This document shows, piece by piece, positions 1 to 10,987 of a stretch of DNA of 64,000 nt (the stretch's first letter is position 1; every line of letters starts with the position of its first letter). The translations under genes and the position numbers were made by a program. The notes under the pieces were generated by a model. That model did no database searches. It had not been told where the DNA came from and saw nothing but the letters and a program-made list of their open reading frames with translations. Source of the stretch: Octopus sinensis (taxonomy: Eukaryota); contig NC_043015.1 in assembly GCF_006345805.1 (NCBI RefSeq), forward strand, positions 45,756,001-45,820,000. Direction: 5' to 3'.

Positions 1-19
1 ATGTATATATATGTGTTTG

Positions 20-230
20 TGTGTCTGTGTTTGTCCCCCTAGCATTGCTTGACAACCGATGCTGGTGTGTTTATGTCCCCGTTACTTAGCGGTTCGGTAT
101 TAGAGACCGATAGAATAAGTACTGGGCTTACAAAAGAATAAGTCCTGGGGTCGAGTTGCTCGATTAAAGGTGGTGCTCCAGCATGGCCGCAGTCAAATGA
201 CTGAAACAAGTAAAAGAGTAAAGAGAGAGT
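20..230 (+). mobile_element. SINE family A, 3' half
   Basis: ccctagcattgcttgacaaccgatgctgg...gactgaaacaagtaaaagag, shared with ~20 copies in the window. Confidence 0.85.
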
Positions 231-361
231 ATGTGTATTTGTATTTTTTGCTTTGTGTGTGTTGTATTTGTGTGTTTTTATCTTGTGTGTATGTGTATTT
301 TCCGACTGTGAGCATATAAGGGAGGCTTATAACATGGGTTTTGCAATCTTGATTTTTTTAG

Positions 362-536
362 GAAAGAAAAGAAAATATGGAGCCTAATGTAGAATGTCAA
401 GGCCAATCAGTTTCTGGTACTCGAACATGTCGCGCACGTCGATCAATCAACTACAAATTTACTGAGTTTGACGAGCTTATTGACAGCGCTATCCAGGACG
501 ATATGAAAAACGCGAAAGATGCTTCGGCTGCAGAAT
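362..536 (+). CDS. RSF1: RSF1-like internal coding exon (first in window)
   Basis: Acceptor ttttttag at 354-361, donor GTAAGC at 537. Translates ERKENMEPNVECQGQSVSGTRTCRARRSINYKFTEFDELIDSAIQDDMKNAKDASAAE, matching the RSF1 motif R-x-R-x-x-I-x-Y-x-F-x-E-F-D-E-x-I-D-x-A-I-x-D-D (recalled human RSF1: RTRKCISYRFDEFDEAIDEAIEDD). Ends in phase 1. Confidence 0.88.
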
Positions 537-628
537 GTAAGCATGAAACAAATTAACTCTTACCTGTGTTTTTTTTTGGTTTTTTTCTCTATGAAAAAAG
601 ATTTGTTTGTAATTTCTAATAAACAACA

Positions 629-1040
629 GGCGCAGGAGTGGCTGTGTGATAAGTAGCTTGTTTACCAACCACATGGTTCCGGGTTCAGTCCCACTGCGTG
701 GCACCTTGGGCAAGTGTCTTCTACTATAGCCTCGGGCCGACCAAAGCCTTGTGAGTGGATTTGGTAGACGGAAACTGAAAGAAGCCCGTCGTATATATGT
801 ATATATATATATATATATGCGTGTGTGTGTTTATGTGTCTGTTTGTCCCCCTAGCATTGCTTGACAACCGATGCTGGTGTGTTTATGTCCCCGTTACTTA
901 GCGGTTCGACAAAAGATACCGATAGAATAAGTACTGGGCTTACAAAAGAATAAATCCCGGGGTCGAGTTGCTCGATTAAAGGCGGTGCTCCAGCATGGCC
1001 ACAGTCAAATGACTGAAACAAGTAAAAGAGTAAAGAGTAA
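629..1040 (+). mobile_element. SINE family A, full length (tRNA-like head, internal (TA)n(TG)n, AAGAGT tail)
   Basis: Head ggcgcaggagtggctgtgtg..ggttccgggttcagtccc with a B-box-like motif. Further copies at ~4369-4775(+), 14630-15035(-), 17733-18125(+), 19127-19514(-), 21135-21538(-), 27925-28330(-), 28830-29170(+), 47745-48185(+), 49955-50390(-), 58825-59110(-), 60815-61210(+), 62825-63360(+), 63585-63990(-). Confidence 0.9.
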
Positions 1041-1960
1041 ACAGTGGTCCCACTTCAAACCTTTTACTCTCCCCCTAGGTGTTTGGGATAATATTTGAAT
1101 CTTACATAAATCCTTTGTTCCCATTAGTGCATAGACCATCAGTGATTCTTCTCCACTGTTCTCTACTCTGGGCTGTCATGGCTACTCCCTTAGTATGAGG
1201 CTGGGTGGGGGATGGCGCCCTCATCTGTGTCTGGGGATACCTTCCTGGGAGAAGGCCTTCCACTCCTTGGTCTTCCTGGTTTTGAATTGTCATCGACGCT
1301 TCTGTAACTGCTTTTTTCCCTAGGTATGTATGTTAGCCCTAAAAAGGCCCATTTTTACCTGAGGTGGTCTGTATATGTTTGGCTTCTACCCTTTGAGCTG
1401 TCGAGCACAGGAGGCCCAGGTTTGTGCTCTGCTGGAAAATTTCTCAGGGTCATGGAGGCATACTGGTCACCACACCACACCACAACAAAGGATTAGACCT
1501 TGTGAGATATTTGCCTCTAGGTGCCCTGAAGTTGTTTATTTTTTTTGTTACCCTGTTTTCAGTACCACTTCCCATCTCAGTTGAGGGATCTTTGTCTTGC
1601 AAGTTATGTGGTAACCTCGCTGATGCTAGTGCCACATAAAAAGCACCTAGTTCACTCGATAAAGTGGTTGGCATTTGGAAAGGTATCCAACTGTAAAAAC
1701 CATGCCAAGGCAGACAGTAGAGTTTGGCGCAGTCCCCAGGTGAAAATGTAAGAAAGTGGGACTGGGTGCCTTGTGATAGTTGATCCAAGTTTTTGAATTC
1801 TGACAGCAACGTCTCTCCTGCACGCCACATCCGATGCTTCTTATATCCAACATTTCTCTCAGGGTGCTTATACTCTGTCATGCGTGCACACTGACATTAC
1901 GTGTATATGAATATATATATATATAATAATTTTGGGTATATGTATACATTTTATTTTCAG

Positions 1961-2276
1961 GTAATGAAGATGAAGAGTCACATAGTGGTAAAGACATGTC
2001 GAACTTCAGCTCACGGGAAGCTCCTGTCAGCAAGGGCAAAGACATGGACACTATAATGACAGTGTATAGTGAAAGCAATGACCTTCGACCCCAAGGAATC
2101 CAAGCCAAAAAGGAAGCTGGTCGTCGCCGAGGAAAGGACATCTCTAATCTCGTGGGTAAAGGAAGCGACAGCGACGAACAGTATCCTGCACCTCGCAAAA
2201 GGCGGCCTAGGAGAAAGCTAACCACTCTAGACAGTGACAGTTACGGCTCCGATAGTGAAGAGTACAAAGCTTCCGA
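1961..2276 (+). CDS. RSF1: RSF1-like coding exon with GKD(M/I) repeats
   Basis: ttattttcag acceptor, GTAAGT donor at 2277. Phase 1 in (T+GT=Cys), phase 2 out. Encodes GKDMSNF...GKDMDTI...GKDISNL...RKRRPRRKLTTLDSDS...EEYKASE, comparable to RSF1 GKDIST...RRKKRRRLNDLDSDS...EDEFKISD. Confidence 0.9.
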
Positions 2277-2317
2277 GTAAGTACCTTTGGTAAAATTATA
2301 TTGTACATAATAATAAT

Positions 2318-2620
2318 GTGGAGGCGCAATGGCCCAGTGGTTAGGGCAGCGGACTCGCGGTCGTAGGATCGCGGTTTCGATTCCTAGACCGGGCGTTGTG
2401 AGTGTTTATTGAGCGAAAACACCTAAAAGGTCCACGATGCTCCGGCAGGGGGTGGTGATCCCTGCTGTACTCTTTCACCACACTTTCTTTCACTCTTTCT
2501 TCTGTTGGCCTTCTCGCTTAGCCAGCGGGGTAGCGTCATTTGAAGGCTAAAACAATGCGAACGCATTGTGACCAGCGATGTGTAACAACATCTGATGGTC
2601 TGGTCGGTCATGTGATAATA
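2318..2620 (+). mobile_element. SINE family B (tRNA-Arg-like head)
   Basis: ggaggcgcaatggcccagtggttagggcagcggactcgcggtcgtaggatcgcggtttcgattcc has A- and B-box-like motifs and a TCG anticodon-like loop. Copies at 23335-23630, 23646-23930, 50788-51170, 52700-52985(-), 53035-53340, 18570-18730(-). Confidence 0.85.
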
Positions 2621-2623
2621 ATA

Positions 2624-2985
2624 ATAATAATGAAATTATTGTATACCGTGCTCAGGTGCACCACAACTTGTCAGAAATGGTGTATAAAGTCTGGAAAGTG
2701 AACAATGTCTGAGTCAGATACATGCTTGTGTGTGTATGGAGGGGAGAAAATCAGGTGTAGTGTTGGCGAATCTCAGAAAGCATGGAAGCTTTGAAGGAGG
2801 CAGTGCTCCGACAGCTAACGACTGATGCCGGCAGTTTGTTCCATGCTTCAGCAACTCTGAGCGTGAAAAAATGTTTCCTAAAGTCATGGGAGCTGTGCTG
2901 TTTTCTGACTTTGTAAATATGTCCACGGGTGTTAGACGGGTGGAGTGCTCAGAGTTATTGTTTGTAAGATGTAATAACAAATTTT
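2624..2985 (-). mobile_element. CR1-type LINE 3' end
   Basis: Minus strand encodes an RT C-terminus (HDFRKHFFTLRVAEAWNKL..) followed by a (TTA)n tail. Same family as 16176-17110. Confidence 0.8.
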
Positions 2986-3099
2986 ACTGTGTTTGTTGTG
3001 TTATGGAAGCTGTGAAGTAGAAGTTATTGCTGAGATGAACCCTTAGGGGTCAGTTTTGTTTCCTGGTCAGATTTGTTCTTTTTTTATATGATTTAGTCC

Positions 3100-3400
3100 C
3101 AGTCAAGGCTTGAAGCCATTGTAGCTTAAGGGACTATAAAGAAGGAAAAGAAGGGAGCTACAAATTAAGAAGATGTCAATCGACTGAAAGCTTAAAGGAT
3201 TGAATATCGTAGACCAGAGGCAAAATAAGACAATGATGATGAGTTCCAGAGAGCAGCAGTTCGAGGAATGGCGCTATTGGAATAAAAGGACTTAGGATTA
3301 ATAGGAAGCTTGATAGAGAAACAATGCATTTGGGAAGAGAATTGAAGCTGATTAACTTTATAAAGATATTTAATATATCTGAGAAAGTGTTGAGGCAGTA
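3100..3400 (-). mobile_element. Degenerate CR1/L2-group LINE 3' fragment
   Basis: Minus translation FYSNSAIPRTAALWNS...YDIQSFK resembles the F-x-P-R-T-x-x-L-W-N-x-L-P...Y-x-L-x-S-F-K RT C-terminus. Confidence 0.6.
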
Positions 3401-3402
3401 AG

Positions 3403-3810
3403 CTGGCAGAAACATTAGCATACCGGGCGAAATGCTTAGCAGTATTTCGTCTGCTGTTATGTTCTGAGTTCAAATTCCGCCGAGGTTGACTTTGCCTTTC
3501 ATCCTTTCGCGGCTGATAAATTAAGTACTAGTCACGCACTGAGGTCGATGTTATCGACTTAATCCCTTTGTCTATCCTTGTTTGTCCCCTCTAGGTTTAG
3601 CCCCTAGAGAAATAAGAATCATAAGCACATCGGGCAAAATGCTTAGCAGCATTTTGTCTGTCTTTAAGTTCTGAGTTCAAATTCTGTCAAGCTTGACTTT
3701 ACCTTTCATCCTTTCGGGATCGATAAATTAAGTACCAGTTGCGTACTGGGGTCAATCTAATCGACTGGACCCCTACCCCAAAATTTCGGGCCTTATGCCT
3801 AGAATAGAAA
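3403..3810 (+). mobile_element. SINE family C (two adjacent copies/variants)
   Basis: Core gttctgagttcaaattccgccgaggtcgactttgcctttcatcctttcggggtcgataaattaagtaccag. Copies at 6530-6775, 12060-12270, 25950-26345(-), 31371-32343, 43560-43720, 53680-54010(-), 56145-56340(-), 61391-61804. Confidence 0.85.
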
Positions 3811-4973
3811 AGAATATTTCTTCATAGTAGCTGGACATGTTTTTATGGATGACTGGAAATGTGGGACTACTTGTATGATGTCGACATTCATTTATGATTC
3901 TTTCTAAATCACAAGGATCTGTATGGATGCTGTTTAGTCCAATTTCTCTTATAATTAATTGGTTGAGTGATAAATCTCACCAAAAACAGGACTCCGGTTT
4001 GTTGCCTTGGGGCATAACTTACAAAATAAACACAGCACTGCAAGTCAGTAAAGTATATATTTATTAGTTCTACAGTGTTGAGGCTTACGTTATTAAATTC
4101 TGTCACTCATGGTTCCTGTTTTGAGCTAAGTAGACTGAGGCATTGAGAGTGGAAGGTCTTGGCCATAGACACAATAAGCATTGTGAAATACTGATTGTTT
4201 GATACCCTGTTGTCATCTCCAACCATATCTTTCTGACAAACCTCTACTATGTAAAGACGAAGGTGTCTCTATGTGGTCGCTTACCTTGCTGGAAATAGCA
4301 GCTAAATCTCCAAATTACATGTAGTTGTTTAGAAACAAAGGTGTATATTAGATAATGTTTTCCTGAATGGCGCAGGAGTGGCTGTGTGGTAAGTAGCTTG
4401 CTAACCAACTACATGGTTGCGGGTTTAGTCCCACTGCGTGGAATCTTGGGCAAGTGTCTTCTGCTATAGCCCCGGGCCGACCAATGCCTTGTGAGTGGAT
4501 TAGGTAGACAGAAACTGAAAGAAGCCTGTCGTATATATGTATATATATATATGTATGTGTGTGTGTGTGTGTCTGTGTTTGTCCCCCTAGCATTGCTTGA
4601 CAACCGATGCTGGTATGTTTACGTCCCTGTCACTTAGTGGTTCAGCAAAAGAGACTGATAGAATAAGTACTGGGCTTACAAAGAATAAGTCCCGGGGTCG
4701 ATTTTCTCGACTAAAGGCGGTGCTCCAGCATGGCCACAGGCAAATGACTGAAACAAGTAAAAGAGTAAAGAGAATGTGTAATGTGTTGAGCAAAATCAGA
4801 TTGATTATAGATCTGCTCGTTCATAGTTGTCTTTGAGCTAATCAGCTAATTCGATCCCAGATGGAGCAGGCCACTCCTCATCCGAACAAAGGCTCACCTA
4901 AAAGATTAAGAACCTTATTCAAAAGATGTATTGGAGTATTGCATGTTATTTTTTTTTTTGAATTTGTTTTTAG

Positions 4974-5173
4974 GGAATCTGACCCTTCTGTTGAAGATCT
5001 TGATCTGAGTGATTATTCAGAGGAAGAGGAAGATGACGACGATGACGATGATGAAGACTATGGTACCAGGCGTCGATCGACTCGCTCAACAACCAGACAG
5101 AATACCCGTGCCAGTCAAAAGTCATCGAGAGTTCATGCACGGAGAAGCCGGCGACGTAACTTTGATGACTTCG
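4974..5173 (+). CDS. RSF1: RSF1-like acidic/basic coding exon
   Basis: ttttag acceptor at 4968-4973, GTAAAA donor at 5174. Phase 2 in (GA+G=Glu), phase 1 out. Encodes ESDPSVEDLDLSDYSEEEEDDDD...RRSTRSTTRQ...RRRNFDDF. Confidence 0.88.
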
Positions 5174-5259
5174 GTAAAAAAAAAAAATTTCTCTTTTCTT
5201 TTCTTTTTTTTTTTGTTAAAATCAGCTCCACACATTGTCTTCATAATAAAACTGTTGGA

Positions 5260-5570
5260 GGATCTTTTCGGTTTGACCGGCAGTTTTTTTAAAAATAATT
5301 TCCACGTAACTGAACACTTTTAAACTTCGTATACTGGTAGAATGTGTTTATAAAACATCTTTTTCTCTTGGCTTTATTGAGAAAATTCTATAGTCTGTAA
5401 GATATTTGTTGGTTTTTTTTTTCTTCAATTTCTGCGATTTCAACCAATCAATGATGTCTATTGAGGTAAAAAAAAAAAATCATTCTGTGCCGTATGAAAT
5501 ATGTCCCTCGTTTAAGAAACAGATTGGGTTTATTTACATTTCTGAAGAAAAAAAGATACCCTACCCCCCA
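5260..5570 (-). mobile_element. Truncated copy of the GGATC-terminal MITE
   Basis: Starts with TIR ggatcttttcggtttgaccggcag. Internal sequence is the reverse complement of the 61949-62362 copy. Confidence 0.75.
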
Positions 5571-6268
5571 TTATAATAATAATAATAATAATGATAATAA
5601 TAAGTGTGGTGGATGGGTGGAATTGGTAGAGCACTGGGCAGAGTGCCTTGTGATATTTAGTTACGTATTTTTGCAGTCTGAGCTCAAGTAATGTTGAGAT
5701 GTCAAATAGATTTTAAGAACCTAATTTGAGACAAATAAAAGGATAGAAAGTTGCTGTGAAGTGTAAATCACCAACCAAGAATCAACTGACCTCTTCTGCT
5801 GCTCTGGTTTCAAGTAAGCTTTCAAAATTTGTAAATATCGTTTTACATCATTACAGTTTGGTATTATGCCAAGGGGATTAACCCAGTAATTGAGCGCTGA
5901 GCAGGAGTTATTTACTCATGCTGAAAATTGACATGTATTTCTTTTCTTTTTGGTTTTCCTTTGAAAACCTACAAAATGTCTTCTATTTGAAAACGTACCA
6001 CATCTACTTCTTTTTTTTCACTCTAAGAAGGAAAGAAAAGGAAGATGTTGTGACGTTCATCTCAGAAGTCATTTTTGTTATTCAGTTTCTGCTTGAAATG
6101 GAATGTAGTCTACAGGGCAGGAATTGATAATTCGTTCCACTGCAACACTAATGAATTGTTTCTTAATATGTTGATTGATTTCTTTTGATTAAGTACAGGA
6201 CTCGTATATTGATCCCTTTTGATGCCTGATACAAGCCCTAGTTCTATGTTAAAGTCTTCCTGTTTTAA

Positions 6269-6489
6269 CCCTTTAGTGTTCAGATTATTCTGTCAAATGT
6301 GATGTTTGTTTATTTATATTGTTTTGAATTAATCATGCATTATCTTTATTGTGTAGAGATTTCAGTGATGTGATTTTTTAGTTTTAGAATGACATGGTAG
6401 GGCTGAGGTGAGAGGCGAGATCTGGTCAGTTTCAATGTAAAATAGGTTAAATATTTTGGCCGGATAGGGCCGGTTTGAATGCTAAAGGG
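6269..6489. mobile_element. TTAA-flanked piggyBac-type MITE (family 2)
   Basis: TTAA|CCCTTTAG ... CTAAAGGG termini. Homologous copy at 20463-20682 has TTAA on both sides. Confidence 0.75.
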
Positions 6490-6900
6490 TAAAAGTCGTC
6501 TAAATCAAAATTTTCATCTTTATTTTCATCCCTTTGTCTGTCCTTGTTTGTCCCCTCTGTGTTTAGCCCCTTGTGGGTAGTAAAGAAATAGGTATTTCGT
6601 CAGCCGCTACGTTCTGAGTTCAAATTCCGTCTAGGTCGACTTCGCCTTTCATCCTTTTGGGGTCGATTAAATAAATACCAGTTACGTACTGGGGTCGATA
6701 TAATCGACTTAATCCGTTTGTCTGTCCTTGTTTGTCCTCTCTGTGTTTAGCCCCTTGTGGGTAGTAAAGAAATATGTAATCCAATCACTGGAACAAGTAA
6801 ACAGTAAAAGATATATTTATTTGTGGATTTACTTGCCTTTTTATTTTATTTTATTTTATTTTATTTATATTTATTTACCTTTTTTTTTCTTCTATTTCAG

Positions 6901-9900
6901 TGGTTGACGATGATTATGACTCTGATGACAGTGGGAATTACCGTAGGTCCACGAGAGCATCGGTGAAGCGCAAAGTTAACTACCGCGAGAAATTCAGCGA
7001 CGAGGAGGAGGAAATGACACCGTCTGAGGAAAGCGAAGCGAACAGCGAAGATTTCTCTGACCTCGCGTCCGACGACAGCGTGAAACCGAACAAGAAGCTA
7101 AAACTTAAACTGGAGAAAAAGAAACTCAAGAAGTCGAAACGAGTGATTCGCAAAAACTTCTCTGACGACGACGACGATGACGATGACGTCGATGATAAAG
7201 CAGACGATGGGATAAATGACGAAGAAGACACTGACAGAGGCAGTAAGAAGAAGAAGAGGAAGAGCCAACAGCAGTTTTCATCTTCCCATGACAACAGTGC
7301 TGAGAGCGATGATGAGCTGAAGAGCAAGAAGAAAGCTGGTAGGAAGAGGCGTCTGGCTGTCAGCGACAGCGATTCTTCTTCTTCATCTTCTTCTTCGAGC
7401 ACTCGGTCGCAGAACCGGGTCCGCCGCTCCCACCGCTCTTCAACGCTGAAAGTGAATTTTAAGAAGCTGCTAGATTCAGATTCCGAAGAAGATTCTGGAA
7501 ACATCGAGCGAAAATACATTCTCAGCAAACTTAAAAAGAACACCATTGTGTCCGACTCCGACTCCATCGCGTCGGACGATAAGTCGAGCATAAAGAACGA
7601 TGACGACGATGACGAGGGCGGTGGTCGTGAGAATAAAGATAGCGGCAGTAACAGAATGGACATTGATGATGTTGGGGTGGAGGCTAAAAAGGAGGGCAAG
7701 CCTGTCGGCAACAGAAATGCGGATGCGGTTATGAAACCTGCAACAGCAGCAGTACCACCACCACCAACAACAACAGCAGCAATGCTAACAACACCAACAG
7801 CAACAACAACAGCTGCACCACCACCATCAACAACAACAACAACAAAAATGACCACAGCGACATCACTACCACCAACAGTAACACCAACAACTGTGGAAAA
7901 ACCAACACCTGCAGTAAAAGCAACAGCGGCAGCAGCAGAGAAAACTGCATCGGTTGCACCTGTAAAAAAAGTTGCACAAGCTGCAGAAAAAGAAGCAACT
8001 GCAGCACCTGCAAAATCTCATGCAGCAGTACCTGAAAAAGCTGCTGCAGCAGCAATACCTGCAGAAAAATCTGCTGCAGTGTCGGAAAAAACTGATACAG
8101 CAACACCTGCAAAAACCGCTCCAGATGTACAAACTGCGAAAACTACTCCAGTAGTAAAAACTGATACAGAAACACCTGTGAAAACACCTGCTACAAAAAC
8201 TGATACAGCAGCATCGGGAAAAACTGCTTCAGTAGCACCTGCGAAAACAGATATGGCAGCATCAGCAAAAACAGCTTCAGTGGCACCGATGAAGACTGAT
8301 ACAACAGCATCAGTGAAAACAGATCCTTCTGTGCCAGTAAAAGCTGATAGTATAGCAGCATCATCAAAATCTGCGAAGGCAGCACCTGTAAAAACTGTTT
8401 CGGGAACACCTGGAAAAACCGCTTGTGCAGCACCAGAAAATGCAGATGCAGTAATACCTGCAAAAATTGCTAAAACATCTCTTTCAGAAACTGATTCAGC
8501 TACACCTGCAAAAACTGCAAAATTAGCACCTGCAAAAGCATCTGCGTCATCACCTGTGAAAGCACCTGGGAAAACTGATGCTGCAGCTCCAGTTAAATCT
8601 GATACTGCGGCGCCTACCAAAATTGACACAGCAGCAAAAGCTGTTTCAGCGCCATCTACAAAGTCATCTGCAGCCACTCCTGCAAAAACACCAACTGCTA
8701 CCAATGCAAAATCAACTGCAGACACACCTTCCAAATCAGCTGCAGACACACCTGCAAAATCCGCTGCAGACACACCTGCAAAATCAGCTGTAGCCACACC
8801 TGCAAAGTTAGCTGTAACTACTCCTGCAAAAGCAGCTGCAGATTCACCTGCAAAGGAATCTGCAGACTCATCTGCAAAAACGGTTGCTGCCATGCCTGCA
8901 AAAACAGTTTCAGAACCGCGTGCAAAAACAATTTCAGATACACCTCCGAAAACAGTTTCAGATTCGCCTGTGAAAACAGTTACAGATTCAACTGCGAAAA
9001 AGGCTGCAGCCACTCCTGCAAAAACGCCTGCAGACTCACCTGCGAAAACAACTGCAACGACACCTGCAAAAACAAGTGCAACCACACCTGCAAAAACAGG
9101 TGCAAACACACCTGCAAAAACAAGTGCAACCACACCTGCAAAAACAGCTTCAGACTCACCTGCAAAAACAGCTGTATCTACACCTGCAAAGACAGCTGCA
9201 GATTCTTCTGCAAAAACTGCAATTTTTCCTGCAAAAACTGCTGTCTTTCCTGCAAAAAGTGCAGTCTTTCCTGCAAAAAGTGCAGTCTTTCCTGCAAAAA
9301 GTGCGGTCTTTCCTGCAAAAAGTGCAGTCTTTCCTGCAAAAAGTGCAGTTTTTCCTGCAAAAACAGCTGCATCCACACCTTCAAAAACAGCTTCAGGGTC
9401 ACCTGCGAAATCAGCTGTATCTACACCTGCAAAGACAGCTGCAGATTCATCTGCAAAAACAGTTTCATCTACATCTGCAAAGACAACTGCAGATTCATCT
9501 GCAAAAACAGGTGCATCTACATCTTCGAAAACAGGTTCAGCCACTCCTGTGAAAGCAGCTTCAGACTCCTCTGCAAAGGCAGTTTCAGATTCACCCACAA
9601 AAACAGTTGCAAAGACAAGTGCGGATTCATCTGCAAAAACAGCTGCATCTACACCTGCAAAGACATCTGCAGATTCATCTGCAAAAACAGGTGCATCCAC
9701 ATCTGCAAAGACATCTGCAGATTCATCTACGAAAACAGGTGCATCCACATCTGCAAAGACACCTGCAGATTCATCTACACCTTCAAAAACAAGTGCAACC
9801 ACACCTGCTAAAGCAGCTTCAGACTCATCTGCCAAAAAACCTGCAGCCATATTTCCGAAAACATCTGCAAAGACTGCTGCAGATTCATCTGCAAAAACAG

Positions 9901-10987
9901 GCACACCTGCAAAGTCAGCTGCAGATTCATTGCAAAAACAGGCACACCTGCAAAGACAGCTGCAGATTCATCTGCAAAAACAGGCACACCTGCAAAGTCA
10001 GCTGCAGATTCATCTGCAAAAACAGGCACACCTGCAAAGACAGCTGCAGATTCATCTGCAAAAACAGCTCCATTCACAGCTTCGAAAATAGGTGCAGCCA
10101 CTCCTACAAAAACAGCTGTATCAGTAAAAAATACTTCAACAACCTCTGAAAAAACTGCTGCAGGGGCAACAACAGCAAAATCCTCAGTGTCAGAAAAAAC
10201 ACCTGCAGCATCGTCATCAAAAACAGCTTCTTCATCAACACCAGTGAAGAAACCACCGACAGAAGGGACCAAAGCTGCCACAACTGTATCAGCAGCAGTA
10301 ACAACATCTGCATCAGCACCAAAAAAAACAAGTGCAACTACGGCATCATCAACAACAACAACAACAACAACAACAAAAACAGCGGCTGTAGCATCGTCAT
10401 CAACAACTAAAGATTCAGCAGCAAAAACTCCAGTAAAGACACCTGTAACGACAAGTTCCTCCACTCCCGCCAACACTAAGAGCACGAGCAGCAGCAGTAG
10501 TAGCAGTACTGCGTCCAAGAACAGCTCCAACATCACTACCAATGTAACATCTACGACGACGACCACCACCAGCAGTAGTAGTAGCAGCAGCAGCAGCAGC
10601 AGCAGCACACCCTCTACCAACTCCACCTCAGTCACCTCGAATACAACAAGCACATCGTCCAGCGAAACATCAGTTTCAAATACAGAGGTCCGACCGAGCG
10701 ACAGCAGCAGTAGTAGTAGTAGCAGCGGCAGCAGCAACAGCTGCAGCAGCACGGTGAACAGTAGTTCGTTTAGCCAAATGAACGGTCACGACAATCAGAA
10801 GGCTGGCCAAAAGGACAGGCTTTTGGAAAAAGCGGAAACTCGGACTATTCCTGTCGACCAGCCACAGCAGCGAGACGATAGCTTAGGCAATGAGCAAATA
10901 AGTGGTCAAGATGACCCGTCGTTACACGTGGTGGGCAGCTCTACCAGCCGGTCTGGACCTCAGGTAGCCAACGTTTTAAAACCCTAA
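6901..10987 (+). CDS. RSF1: RSF1-like terminal coding exon (acidic/basic region plus ~1000-aa A/K/T/S/P low-complexity tail); 1-bp deletion at ~9930
   Basis: tctatttcag acceptor, phase 1 in (G+TG=Val). RRSTRASVKRKVNYRE resembles RSF1 RRSRRNQKRQINYKE. As assembled, the frame stops at 10091. Restoring the missing C in gcagattcat(c)tgca joins it, without stops, to the ORF ending ...NVLKP* at 10987. Confidence 0.8.

Noticed and set aside
2320-2395. tRNA-Arg gene
   Set aside because: The tRNA-like sequence is the head of a multicopy SINE; it lacks a proper acceptor stem and continues into SINE body.
8018-10752. Long antisense ORFs (628 aa, 314 aa, and 291 aa at 6980-7855)
   Set aside because: They are mirror images of the low-complexity RSF1 sense frame, caused by codon bias and palindromic repeats.
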